Origin: an uncultured virus (IMG/VR IMGVR_UViG_3300024229_000001)
Lineage: Duplodnaviria > Heunggongvirae > Uroviricota > Caudoviricetes
Reading direction: 5' to 3' (one strand)
IMG/VR virus record: IMGVR_UViG_3300024229_000001
DNA: 64,000 bases
Shown: positions 43,912 through 53,441 of the stretch, piece by piece
Layout: each line of letters opens with the position of its first letter
Position numbering within the stretch: the stretch's first letter is position 1
Translations under genes and position numbers: made by a program
Notes under the pieces: model-generated
The model's database searches: none
Told to the model about the DNA's origin: nothing
What the model saw: the letters and a program-made list of their open reading frames with translations, nothing else

Positions 43912-44495
43912 TGGGTGTAGTCTCTAGAACAGCTGACTTATTTTATGCTTATAGATTTATTAAGCTACTCGTCACGCCTTGGGAAAAAACAGAAGCTTTT
44001 GAATTAGGCATCATTGACGATGACGGTAAAGTCGTTAAAAAGACTAGTCAATTGAAAACTTCTGAAGAAAAATCTGCATATACAGTTTTTCATCGTCTCG
44101 TATTTAATATTAAAAGATTGTTAAGTAAACTTCCGTTTGGTAAAACCAAATTGGCTTCTTGGGCAACGGCATTATTCTTAATTAAAGAAGAAACTGGTAT
44201 GACCGAAGAAGAGATTGTAAATGTTTTAAAGAAAATGGATATTGATTTCGATGATACTTTATTCGAATCAACATGGCATATGATCGGTGAACAATTACAA
44301 CCAGGAGTTTATAAGCTAGCTCATGATACTGTTTCACCAATCACGGGTGAACCTATTGCTTTGAAAGGTACTAAAATTAAAGTATTTGAGGATACACTTC
44401 CTGAAGGACACATGCTTGGTACACCAATATACAGAGTACTACATCTAAAAACTAAGCAAGACATTTTAGTAAATCCCGGAGAAATTATCCGATGA
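43911..44495 (+). CDS. conserved T4-like hypothetical protein
   Basis: YRFIKLLVTPW...AF.LGIID, FHRLVFNIKR. Confidence 0.75.
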   Translation: MGVVSRTADLFYAYRFIKLLVTPWEKTEAFELGIIDDDGKVVKKTSQLKTSEEKSAYTVFHRLVFNIKRLLSKLPFGKTKLASWATALFLIKEETGMTEEEIVNVLKKMDIDFDDTLFESTWHMIGEQLQPGVYKLAHDTVSPITGEPIALKGTKIKVFEDTLPEGHMLGTPIYRVLHLKTKQDILVNPGEIIR

Positions 44496-44689
44496 AATCT
44501 TTCAAAGAAATTAGAGAGACAGCTGCAAATGCAGTAGCCGGTGGAGGTGTTGACCTTACTCCATCAGCAGATCAGATTCTATTCAAAAAACGCGATAAGC
44601 GTAGAAAAGAAGATACTGATTCTATGTTTAGACGATCTCAAGGTTTATCGTTTATTAACGCTATGTTGGAGCGTAAAAACAAAAAATAG
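44492..44689 (+). CDS. small protein with CTS-like N-terminus
   Basis: MKSFKEIRE. Confidence 0.65.
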   Translation: MKSFKEIRETAANAVAGGGVDLTPSADQILFKKRDKRRKEDTDSMFRRSQGLSFINAMLERKNKK

Positions 44690-44698
44690 TGGTTTACA

Positions 44699-45103
44699 AT
44701 GCTTAAAATATATGGTATAATTATAGTAATGGGTTTGTTAGGAGGGCTTGGCTTTGGAGTTAAGTACTACTACGATTCAACACAAGCAAAGATTGAACAA
44801 TTAACTGCTGAAAAGCAAATCTTAGATCAAGCTGTTAGAACTAATGAAGCAACTATTGGTCGACTAAAAGAAGATGCCGCACGCCAACAGGAATTGAACA
44901 ATGAGCTTCAAGCTAATTTAAGAGAAGCTGAAGTTGGGCTTGATCAGATTCGTGCTACTTTATCTGATCATGATTTAACACGTCTGGCTTTACGCAGACC
45001 AGGACTTATTGAAACGAGAATTAATAATGGAACTAAAGACGTTTTTGACCAAATCGAAGTTGACTCCGGCGCTACTCCTCCTGTCAGTAGTACTCCTGAG
45101 TAG
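44699..45103 (+). CDS. putative i-spanin (Rz-like)
   Basis: N-terminal TM plus coiled coil; overlaps a lipoprotein gene. Confidence 0.7.
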   Translation: MLKIYGIIIVMGLLGGLGFGVKYYYDSTQAKIEQLTAEKQILDQAVRTNEATIGRLKEDAARQQELNNELQANLREAEVGLDQIRATLSDHDLTRLALRRPGLIETRINNGTKDVFDQIEVDSGATPPVSSTPE

Positions 45104-45449
45104 TGGATGTAGTACATTCAATACTGAACCACGTATTCAAACAGTAACTGAATATGTAGGTCCAAACATTATGATTCAGCCAAGACCTAAACCGGTCAAT
45201 ATGGCTGATGTAAAATTTGAAGTAGTTACTGAAGAAAATCTAGAAGATTTTATTGAACAATTCAGAAAAGACTATGGTGAAGTGGTATTCATTGCAATGC
45301 CAGTACGTGATTATGAGCGTTTAGCTATTAATATTCAAGACATTCGTCGGTTTATTAATCAGCAATCTCAAGTACTTGTATATTACGAGACCGCAATCTC
45401 CGAAGCTTCAGATCAAGCAAATGAAAATAATTTGCAAAATAATGAATAA
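45027..45449 (+). CDS. putative o-spanin lipoprotein (Rz1-like)
   Basis: Lipobox LSSGC, Pro-rich segment. Confidence 0.7.
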   Translation: MELKTFLTKSKLTPALLLLSVVLLSSGCSTFNTEPRIQTVTEYVGPNIMIQPRPKPVNMADVKFEVVTEENLEDFIEQFRKDYGEVVFIAMPVRDYERLAINIQDIRRFINQQSQVLVYYETAISEASDQANENNLQNNE

Positions 45450-45455
45450 TAGCGG

Positions 45456-45484
45456 TTTACAAAAGTCGTAATCTAATATATAAT
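45456..45484 (+). promoter_or_regulatory. early promoter for nrdA
   Basis: TTTACA-N17-TATAAT. Confidence 0.7.
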
Positions 45485-45567
45485 AGACCCAATAGAAATA
45501 GAAAATATTAAGCTAACACGTATGGTGTTGGCAATGCAAACTTTTCTCTGAAGCAACGGAGTATTTA

Positions 45568-47862
45568 ATGAACCAACAGATTTTAGTTACTAAGAGAGAT
45601 GGTCATAAAGAACCATTTGATCTTGATAAAGTACATAAAGTACTTGAATGGGCAACAGACGGAATTACTGGTGTCTCAATTTCAGAAATTGAATTGAAAG
45701 CAAATATTCAATTATATGATAAAATTCCAGCTTACTCTATTCATGAGCTGCTTATTAAATCAGCGGCAGAACTTATTTCTGAACATACACCAAACTACCA
45801 GTATGTAGCTGCTCGATTAGTTAACTATAAATTGCGTAAAGAAGTATATGGCAACTATGAACCATCTTCACTACTAGAACTAATTAAACATAATGTTGAC
45901 CGTAAAGTATACGATGCTGAGATTCTGAAAAAATATAATGAAGATGAAATTGCAACATTAGATACGTTTATTAATCATGGTCGTGATGATAACTTTACCT
46001 ATGTTGCAATGGAACAATTTCGTGGTAAATATCTAGTACAAGACCGTGGAACTAAAACAATTTACGAAACACCGCAAATGGCTTATATGCTAATTGGCGC
46101 TACGCTATTTGCCGACTATCCACGTGATACTCGTATGAAATGGGTGAAAGATTTTTATGATGCTGTTTCTCAATTCTTTATTTCTTTGCCTACTCCTATT
46201 ATGGCTGGCCTTAGGACTCCAACACGGCAATTTAGCTCTTGTGTCCTTATTGAGTCCGGTGATAGCCTTGATTCTATTAACGCAACTTCAACTTCTATTG
46301 TAAGATATATTTCCAAGAAAGCCGGTATTGGTATCGGCGCTGGTTCTATTCGCGCAATTGGTTCTAAAATTAATGATGGATCTATTGTACATACAGGTCT
46401 TATTCCTTTCTTGAAGTATTTCCAGTCAGCAGTAAAATCATGTTCACAAGGTGGTGTTCGTGGTGGTGCAGCTACAGTATATCTTCCAGTATGGCACTAT
46501 GAATTTGAAGATCTTGTTGTATTAAAGAACAATAAGGGTACTGAAGAAACACGTGTTCGCCATATGGACTATGCATTTCAATTCAATAAATTGATGTATG
46601 AGCGTCTTTTGACTAATGGTAATATTACTTTCTTCTCACCAGATGAAGTACCAGACCTATACGACGCATTCTATGCAGATCAAGATAAGTTCAAAGAACT
46701 TTATGAAATGTATGAACGTAAAACTTCTATTCGTAAAAAGGTAATGTCTGCAACAGAAGTATTTTCTCAGTTCTTGAAAGAGCGTAAAGATACTGGCAGA
46801 ATTTATCTAATGAATGTTGACCATGCGAATAATCATGGTTCGTTCTTACCAGAAGTTGCTCCAATTCGTATGTCAAATCTTTGCACTGAAATTGATTTGC
46901 CAACTAAACCATTGAGCTCTTCAGATGATACCGAAGGAGAGATTTCATTATGTACTCTTTCAGCAATCAATTGGGGACTAATTAACGATCCTCAAGATTT
47001 TGAAAAGTATTGTACTCTTGCTGTTCGTGCTCTTGATGCTTTACTTGATTATCAATCTTATCCAGTGCCAGCAGCAGAACGATCAACTAATGATCGTCGT
47101 CCATTGGGTGTTGGTATTATTAACCTTGCTTACTTTTTGGCAAAGCGCGGTCTAAAATATAATGATGCGTCATTAGCAGAAGTTGATAAGTATGCTGAAG
47201 CATGGTCTTATTATCTTATTAAAGCATCTGCTGATCTCGCAACTGAGAAAGGCTCTATTCCAAAGAATAATGAAACCAAATATGGTTATGGCATTCTTCC
47301 AATTGATACCTATAAAAAAGAGGTTGACGATCTTATTCCTCATGAAGAACGTATGGATTGGGAAGGATTACGTCAGCAACTAAAAGAAACTGGTATTCGT
47401 AATTCTACGTTGATGGCTCTGATGCCGGCTGAAACTTCAGCTCAAATTTCAAACTCAACAAATGGTATTGAACCACCTCGTGCCTTGGTATCCTATAAGC
47501 AATCAAAAGATGGTGTAATGGCTCAGGTTGTTCCTGGTTACCACCATCTAAAAAATAAGTATGATTTGCTATGGGAACAAAAATCACCAGATGGTTATCT
47601 AAAACTTTGTGCTGTTCTTCAAAAATATATCGATCAGGGTATTTCTGTGAATACTTCGTATAACCCTGAATTCTTTGAAGAAGGTAAAGTACCAATGTCT
47701 CGTCTAATTACAGATATGGTTACATTCTACAAGTATGGCGGAAAGCAAATGTACTATAACAATACATTTGATGGAGCGGGCGAATGGAACGATAGTCCTG
47801 AAATTAAAGATTTGCCTACTGCTATGGTAGATGACGATGATTGTGAATCATGTAAAATTTAA
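45568..47862 (+). CDS. nrdA: class Ia ribonucleotide reductase alpha subunit
   Basis: ATP cone VTKRDG, SSCVL, SNLCTEI, YY, C-terminal CESCKI. Confidence 0.97.
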   Translation: MNQQILVTKRDGHKEPFDLDKVHKVLEWATDGITGVSISEIELKANIQLYDKIPAYSIHELLIKSAAELISEHTPNYQYVAARLVNYKLRKEVYGNYEPSSLLELIKHNVDRKVYDAEILKKYNEDEIATLDTFINHGRDDNFTYVAMEQFRGKYLVQDRGTKTIYETPQMAYMLIGATLFADYPRDTRMKWVKDFYDAVSQFFISLPTPIMAGLRTPTRQFSSCVLIESGDSLDSINATSTSIVRYISKKAGIGIGAGSIRAIGSKINDGSIVHTGLIPFLKYFQSAVKSCSQGGVRGGAATVYLPVWHYEFEDLVVLKNNKGTEETRVRHMDYAFQFNKLMYERLLTNGNITFFSPDEVPDLYDAFYADQDKFKELYEMYERKTSIRKKVMSATEVFSQFLKERKDTGRIYLMNVDHANNHGSFLPEVAPIRMSNLCTEIDLPTKPLSSSDDTEGEISLCTLSAINWGLINDPQDFEKYCTLAVRALDALLDYQSYPVPAAERSTNDRRPLGVGIINLAYFLAKRGLKYNDASLAEVDKYAEAWSYYLIKASADLATEKGSIPKNNETKYGYGILPIDTYKKEVDDLIPHEERMDWEGLRQQLKETGIRNSTLMALMPAETSAQISNSTNGIEPPRALVSYKQSKDGVMAQVVPGYHHLKNKYDLLWEQKSPDGYLKLCAVLQKYIDQGISVNTSYNPEFFEEGKVPMSRLITDMVTFYKYGGKQMYYNNTFDGAGEWNDSPEIKDLPTAMVDDDDCESCKI

Positions 47863-47864
47863 GG

Positions 47865-47893
47865 TTTACATTGGAAACATTATTGTTTATAAT
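47865..47893 (+). promoter_or_regulatory. early promoter for nrdB
   Basis: TTTACA-N17-TATAAT. Confidence 0.7.
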
Positions 47894-47931
47894 ACTAACT
47901 ATACCACAACTATTAACGCATGAGGAAATAA

Positions 47932-49056
47932 ATGGCGTCAGTTTTTAAACAAAAGCAGAAATCACACCTAACATCTACAATGTTCTATGATGAAGGTATT
48001 GATATTGCTCGCTACGATCAAGTAAAGTACCCTGAACTAGATAAGATTACTGATAAGCAATTAGGTTTCTTTTGGCGCCCAGAAGAGATTGATGTATCAA
48101 AAGATAAAGCTGATTTTCGTGCACTCACGAAACATGAGCAACATATCTTTACATCCAACTTGAAGCGACAAATTCTACTTGATTCTGTTCAAGGTCGTGG
48201 TCCAGTTGAAACACTATTACCTGTAGCATCTTTGCCTGAGCTTGAACCATTGGTTATGGCTTGGACATTTATGGAAACAATCCATTCACGTTCTTATACT
48301 CATATTATTCGTAATGTGTATGCTAATCCATCAAAAGTATTTGATGAAATGCTCGATATTCAAGAGATTGCAGATTGTGCTACAGATATTTCTCGTTATT
48401 ATGATGAGTGCATTGAAGCAAATTCATGGTATAATCTATTGGGTGAAGGTGTTCACACAGTCAATGGCAAAGAAGTTGATGTAGATCTTTATAATGTAAA
48501 AAAGAAACTTTGGTTGGCTCTTAATTCAATTAATATTCTCGAAGGTGTAAGGTTCTACGTATCGTTTGCATGTTCTTGGGCATTTGCAGAACTTAAAAAG
48601 ATGGAAGGTAATGCTAAAATCATTAAGTTTATTGCACGTGATGAGAATACACACTTAGCTGCTTCTTCGTTTATGATTAAAGTACTTCCAAAAGACGATC
48701 CTGACTTTGCAAAAATCAAAGAAGAGTGCGAAGATGAAGTCGTAAAAATGTTTGTTGATGCTGTGAATCAAGAAAAGCTTTGGGCAGATTATCTATTTAA
48801 AGATGGTTCTATGATTGGTTTGAATGCTAAACTATTGTATGATTATATTGAATGGATTGCAAATAAGCGCATGAAAGCCATTGGTGTTCCATCTCCTTAT
48901 TCTGTTCCACAAGCAAACCCACTCCCTTGGACTGAAAAATGGATTGGCGGAGGCAACGTACAAGTTGCTCCACAGGAAACAGAAATTTCCTCTTACGTTA
49001 TTGGTGGCGTAAAACAAGATGTAGATGAAAATACATTTAAAGGCTTGAGTCTTTAA
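47932..49056 (+). CDS. nrdB: ribonucleotide reductase beta subunit
   Basis: FWRPEE, ETIHSRSY, EGVRFY, RDENTH, APQETE. Confidence 0.97.
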   Translation: MASVFKQKQKSHLTSTMFYDEGIDIARYDQVKYPELDKITDKQLGFFWRPEEIDVSKDKADFRALTKHEQHIFTSNLKRQILLDSVQGRGPVETLLPVASLPELEPLVMAWTFMETIHSRSYTHIIRNVYANPSKVFDEMLDIQEIADCATDISRYYDECIEANSWYNLLGEGVHTVNGKEVDVDLYNVKKKLWLALNSINILEGVRFYVSFACSWAFAELKKMEGNAKIIKFIARDENTHLAASSFMIKVLPKDDPDFAKIKEECEDEVVKMFVDAVNQEKLWADYLFKDGSMIGLNAKLLYDYIEWIANKRMKAIGVPSPYSVPQANPLPWTEKWIGGGNVQVAPQETEISSYVIGGVKQDVDENTFKGLSL

Positions 49057-49101
49057 TTTGTATAGATAACAACAACTATAATCTAATATGAGGAAAGCTT
49101 T

Positions 49102-49296
49102 ATGAGCAACGTAGTTTGTCAAGATTGCGATATCGAGTACGCAGTAAAATCTAAAGAAGCCGATGAAGAAGGTATTATTGCTGCATTTTGCCCCTTTTGT
49201 GGATTTGAAACCACAGATGAATTAGACTTTGACGATCCTGATTATACTAATGCTAAGACAGAAGATGATTGGGACGAGGACGACTGGGACGATTAG
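49102..49296 (+). CDS. zinc-ribbon protein with acidic tail
   Basis: CQDC...CPFCG. Confidence 0.7.
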   Translation: MSNVVCQDCDIEYAVKSKEADEEGIIAAFCPFCGFETTDELDFDDPDYTNAKTEDDWDEDDWDD

Positions 49297-49348
49297 TCGA
49301 TGTTTTCTGACTAATAAATATACCATATAATAGCAATATGGTTAATTT

Positions 49349-49756
49349 ATGATACAGTGGACTTATGAAGGAAAGCCTTTTGATTCTGATCAAATAGAAG
49401 ATTATGTTGGATTCGTATATTTGATTACTGATCTTACTAATGATAAGAAATACATTGGCAAAAAGAACTTTTGGTCTGTACGACGTCTACCACCATTAAA
49501 GGGAAAAACTAGACGTCGTACAGTCAAAAAAGAATCTGACTGGAAAGAATATTTTGGTTCAAGCGAATATGTAAAACTATTACTTGAAGAGTCTGGTCAA
49601 GAAAGGTTTAAGCGAGAAATAATTCGCCTTTGTAATTCAAAGGGCGCGATGAGTTACTATGAAGCTAAAGAACAATTTGATAGAGAAGTTCTTTTTAGCG
49701 ACGAATATTACAATGAGTTTATAGGCTGTAAAATTCACTCAAAACATGTAAAGTAA
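49349..49756 (+). CDS. GIY-YIG-like nuclease domain protein
   Basis: GFVY.I...KKYIGKK, YFGSS, YYN. Confidence 0.7.
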   Translation: MIQWTYEGKPFDSDQIEDYVGFVYLITDLTNDKKYIGKKNFWSVRRLPPLKGKTRRRTVKKESDWKEYFGSSEYVKLLLEESGQERFKREIIRLCNSKGAMSYYEAKEQFDREVLFSDEYYNEFIGCKIHSKHVK

Positions 49757-49766
49757 GGATTACCAC

Positions 49767-50114
49767 ATGCCTGACAATGTAATCCAGTTTCCAAAAACAC
49801 GAGCAGCAAGTAATACTACTCGTAAGAAATTGGAAGCAATGCAATTATCTAGAGTTCATTATGAATCACTAGCTTCTGAAGCTATGGATGCAATTGCACA
49901 AGTTTTAGCAACAAATGGTTACCATCCACTTAAAGAAAAAGATATGATTCGTGACATGGGTGTTATTATGAACATGCTTGTTGCAATGATGTATCGTGTC
50001 GATGGAGAAGTTCACTTCTTACAAGAACCAATGGAGGAAATTCATGACGTTCTGAAATATGTAAAAGAATTAAATGATAAAAAGATGAATGAGCTGTTTA
50101 CAGACGACGATTAG
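49767..50114 (+). CDS. hypothetical protein
   Basis: NVIQFP N-terminus; AAGGA RBS. Confidence 0.65.
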   Translation: MPDNVIQFPKTRAASNTTRKKLEAMQLSRVHYESLASEAMDAIAQVLATNGYHPLKEKDMIRDMGVIMNMLVAMMYRVDGEVHFLQEPMEEIHDVLKYVKELNDKKMNELFTDDD

Positions 50115-50125
50115 TGTGATATAAT
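50097..50125 (+). promoter_or_regulatory. early promoter for rnh
   Basis: TTTACA-N17-TATAAT. Confidence 0.65.
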
Positions 50126-50149
50126 ATACTAAATAAATGAGGAAGTGAC

Positions 50150-50998
50150 ATGATTATTATTGACTACAATGCAATCGCAATTGCCAACATTATTACACAA
50201 AAGCTAGATATTCAAGAAGATATGATTCGCCATATGATTCTGAATTCTATTCGTATGTACAACAAAAAGTTCCGTAAAGAATACGGCCAAATGGTTATTG
50301 CCACTGACTCTTCAAACTGGCGCCGTGATGCATTTCCACAGTATAAATTTAAGCGTCGTGATGGTCGTGAAGAATCAACTTTAGATTGGTCTGAAATCTT
50401 TCGTATTATTAATTTAGTATTTGAAGAGATTGGTGATAATCTACCATATAAAACTCTTAAAATTGATGGCTGTGAAGCTGATGATATTATTGGCACTCTT
50501 GTAGAAAACACTCAAGAGTTTGGCCAACATGACGAAGTTATGATTGTTTCTGCTGATAAAGACTTTATCCAATTGCAGAAATATAATAACGTTCGCCAGT
50601 TTTCACCAATGACTAAAAAGTTTATTCAAGATCCTAATCCACGCAGATATCTGTTTGATCAGATTCTTAAAGGTGATTCCAGTGATGGTGTTCCTAATAT
50701 ATTCAGCCCTGATAATACTTTTGTTGATGGAATACGACAATCTCCAATGACAAAGAAAAAGATGGATATGTACTTTGAAAATGCTGAAAATCTTCAAGGT
50801 GTAATGGAGACTGAGCATTATCGGAACTATTGCCGAAACAAGAAAATGATTGATCTATCTGAAACTCCACAAGAACTAAAAGACGCTATTATAAATAGAT
50901 ACGATAACCAAAAGGTAACACATAAATCTAAAGTGCTTAATTACCTTATTAAGAAACGTTGTAAACTATTAATTGAGAGTGTAGAGGAATTTACTTAA
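50150..50998 (+). CDS. rnh: T4 RNase H (5'-3' exonuclease)
   Basis: EADDII, SADKDF.QL, GDSSDGVPN. Confidence 0.92.
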   Translation: MIIIDYNAIAIANIITQKLDIQEDMIRHMILNSIRMYNKKFRKEYGQMVIATDSSNWRRDAFPQYKFKRRDGREESTLDWSEIFRIINLVFEEIGDNLPYKTLKIDGCEADDIIGTLVENTQEFGQHDEVMIVSADKDFIQLQKYNNVRQFSPMTKKFIQDPNPRRYLFDQILKGDSSDGVPNIFSPDNTFVDGIRQSPMTKKKMDMYFENAENLQGVMETEHYRNYCRNKKMIDLSETPQELKDAIINRYDNQKVTHKSKVLNYLIKKRCKLLIESVEEFT

Positions 50999-51441
50999 TG
51001 AAATTGATGATTCATGAAGTTCTTGAAAAAGCTGCAGAAGCAAGTTCAAAAGAAGACAAAATTAAAATCCTTCAAGAGAATAATCACTTAGCATTGCGTG
51101 ATATTCTTCGTGGTGGAATGGATGATACTATTACATTCAATCTTCCAGAAGGTAAACCACCACATGACGATCCGAATCGCGTAGGATTTTCTCGTAATTC
51201 GCTTTATAATCAAACAAAGCGATTCAAGTATTTTGTAAAAGGTGGACCAGGCGAAAACATGCACCCCGCCAAACGGGAGAAAATGTTTATTGGTATATTA
51301 GAAACTATTCATCCTAAAGAAGGCGAACTGCTGGTTCTAATGAAAGATAAACGCTTAATTAAATCAAATAATTCAGCACATTATTCAGGAATTACAAAAA
51401 AATTAGTACAAGAAGCATTTCCAGGGTTAGTTCGAGAATAA
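50998..51441 (+). CDS. conserved T4-like hypothetical protein
   Basis: LPEG.PP, KRE.MF...LE..HP.E; follows rnh. Confidence 0.7.
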   Translation: MKLMIHEVLEKAAEASSKEDKIKILQENNHLALRDILRGGMDDTITFNLPEGKPPHDDPNRVGFSRNSLYNQTKRFKYFVKGGPGENMHPAKREKMFIGILETIHPKEGELLVLMKDKRLIKSNNSAHYSGITKKLVQEAFPGLVRE

Positions 51442-51447
51442 AAAAAA

Positions 51448-51455
51448 TATAAATA
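51448..51455 (+). promoter_or_regulatory. late promoter
   Basis: TATAAATA. Confidence 0.65.
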
Positions 51456-51496
51456 ACTATATGAGTATATTATTAACGTTTCACTCATAATCGATC

Positions 51497-51534
51497 AAGG
51501 GATCATGCTACACTTCGTGGCAGGTCCCTTTTTT
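51497..51534 (+). terminator. intrinsic terminator
   Basis: AAGGGATC.TGCTAC-loop-GTGGCA.GGTCCCTT followed by a T run. Confidence 0.75.
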
Positions 51535-51613
51535 ATTGTTTACTTATATAGGAGGCTTAACTATTCGTACCCAAAAAAATTCCAAAAGAACTAATTATAC
51601 AGAGGAATGTACA

Positions 51614-51781
51614 ATGAATAACTCACAGATTGATAGATTAAAGCGAGACTGTAGGGAGATGGACTTTTTTATAAAAAGACAAGAAAAACGGGGAAATAGT
51701 AATAAGGCTTACACGCTTCAAAAGAAGCACGATTATATGAAATCCAGAATAGAGGAACTAGAAGAAATTTTAGCAGCATAA
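51614..51781 (+). CDS. small coiled-coil protein
   Basis: GAGGA RBS before the ATG at 51614. Confidence 0.6.
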   Translation: MNNSQIDRLKRDCREMDFFIKRQEKRGNSNKAYTLQKKHDYMKSRIEELEEILAA

Positions 51782-51786
51782 AGTTG

Positions 51787-51815
51787 TGTACATCCTCACT
51801 GGACTATGTTATAAT
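51787..51815 (+). promoter_or_regulatory. early promoter
   Basis: TGTACA-N17-TATAAT. Confidence 0.7.
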
Positions 51816-51843
51816 AATAGTATATGAAAGTGAGGATGTATCC

Positions 51844-52419
51844 ATGAATTTGTTCATACTTGATAAAGATCCAGTCAAAGCGGCTCAGCTGCAGTGCGAT
51901 AAGCACGTAGTTAAAATGATTGTTGAATCAGGCCAAATGCTATCAACAGCTCATCGTATGTTGGATGGCGATGAAACCAGACGTCCATCTAAGTCTGGTA
52001 AAACAAATGGAAAATATTGGGTACATCCCAATGAAAAGATGGAATCCATTCTTTACAAAGCAGTTCATATGTACCACCCATGTACAGTGTGGACTATGCA
52101 ATCAGACAATAATTACAATTGGCATTATATTCACTTCATTGCTTTATGCGATGAGTATAAATATCGTTATGGTAAAACACATGCTACTGATACTCTACTT
52201 AGAGATGCTTTAGCCAAACTACCTAAAAATATTCCGGTTGGTTACCTTACGCAGCAACCGTTAGCAATGAAATCAAACCCAGAGTGTATGTTTGAAGACG
52301 TTGTAAAATCTTATCGTGCATTTTATCAAACAAAACAAAGTCGTTTCAAAATGGCTTGGACGGGAAGGGAAGTACCACAATGGTTTCAACAGAACAACAA
52401 CTTGAGTTTGAATTCATGA
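51844..52419 (+). CDS. pyrimidine-dimer DNA glycosylase/DenV-related protein
   Basis: MNLFILD, DKHVVKM..E..Q.LST, HPCT.W, EY..RYGK.H. Confidence 0.75.
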   Translation: MNLFILDKDPVKAAQLQCDKHVVKMIVESGQMLSTAHRMLDGDETRRPSKSGKTNGKYWVHPNEKMESILYKAVHMYHPCTVWTMQSDNNYNWHYIHFIALCDEYKYRYGKTHATDTLLRDALAKLPKNIPVGYLTQQPLAMKSNPECMFEDVVKSYRAFYQTKQSRFKMAWTGREVPQWFQQNNNLSLNS

Positions 52420-52523
52420 AAAAAGAACCAGACCCAATTGAAATAGTCGAAAAACAAGAACGATATGATGAATATATAAAACGTATGTATCGTGAAACTG
52501 AGGAAAAAGATGCCGATTTATAG
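52416..52523 (+). CDS. 35-aa hypothetical protein (not in the ORF track)
   Basis: ATGA overlap; fills the gap to the next gene. Confidence 0.4.
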   Translation: MKKEPDPIEIVEKQERYDEYIKRMYRETEEKDADL

Positions 52524-52749
52524 CTTTCGAAATAAAGAAACTGGTGAAGAAACTGAAGTGCTTCTTCGTATTGCTGAACTAGATCAATATAAAGAGGATA
52601 ATCCTCAATTGCAACAGTTTATATCTAGAGCGCCAGCAAATGTTGGCATGGTAAAAGATATGTACTCACGGGTCCCTGATGGGTTTAATGATGTAGTCAA
52701 ACAGATCAAAAAAGGATCTGGCATGAGGAATACAATTAAAACAAAATGA
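52510..52749 (+). CDS. FmdB-like regulatory protein (lacks the Cys ligands)
   Basis: MPIYSF.N.ETGE, PDGFNDV. Confidence 0.65.
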   Translation: MPIYSFRNKETGEETEVLLRIAELDQYKEDNPQLQQFISRAPANVGMVKDMYSRVPDGFNDVVKQIKKGSGMRNTIKTK

Positions 52750-53426
52750 ATAGATCTTTGAAAATTCGCCTTGAAGGGCTTAAAACATTATCGCCAATTA
52801 CCGAAAATCAGAAAAGGGTTTTTGAAGCTTTCAAAGAAGGTTCTAATCTTTGTCTAGCTGGTTCTGCTGGTACTGGTAAAACTTTTCTATCAATGTACTT
52901 AGGACTTGAAGAAGTCTTAGATAAGGAAACACCTTATGATAAATTGGTTATTATTCGTTCTATCGTTCCTACAAGAGATATTGGATTTCTACCAGGAACT
53001 GAAGAGGAGAAGAAAGATGCCTATACTGCCCCGTATCGAGGAATCGTCTCTGAACTAGTTGCAGATCCAGAAGCTTGGAATAAGTTGCAACATCAAGGGG
53101 CTGTTGAATTTCTTACTACTTCATTTATTCGAGGTACAACTATTTCAAATGCTATCATCTTAGTTGATGAGATGCAAAACCTTACATTCCACGAATTAGA
53201 TTCAGTAATTACTCGAGTTGGTGAAAATTGCCGATTCATTATGTCGGGTGATTATTACCAAACAGATTTTGATAAAGAACGAGATAAGAATGGTATTCTA
53301 CAGTTTTTAGAAATCATTGATAAACTCAAGTATTTTGAAACAATCGAATTCTCTTGGCAAGACATTGTGCGTTCCGGTCTTGTTAGAGATTACATTATGA
53401 CTAAGGAACACATGGGTATTAAATGA
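52746..53426 (+). CDS. phoH: PhoH family ATPase
   Basis: GSAGTGKT, GFLPG, RGTT, DEMQN, DIVRS. Confidence 0.93.
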   Translation: MNRSLKIRLEGLKTLSPITENQKRVFEAFKEGSNLCLAGSAGTGKTFLSMYLGLEEVLDKETPYDKLVIIRSIVPTRDIGFLPGTEEEKKDAYTAPYRGIVSELVADPEAWNKLQHQGAVEFLTTSFIRGTTISNAIILVDEMQNLTFHELDSVITRVGENCRFIMSGDYYQTDFDKERDKNGILQFLEIIDKLKYFETIEFSWQDIVRSGLVRDYIMTKEHMGIK

Positions 53427-53441
53427 CAATGGAAAAGAAAG

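Noticed and set aside
45514..45534. Small palindrome upstream of nrdA as an NrdR box or riboswitch
   Set aside because: Poor match to the NrdR consensus and too short to support a riboswitch call
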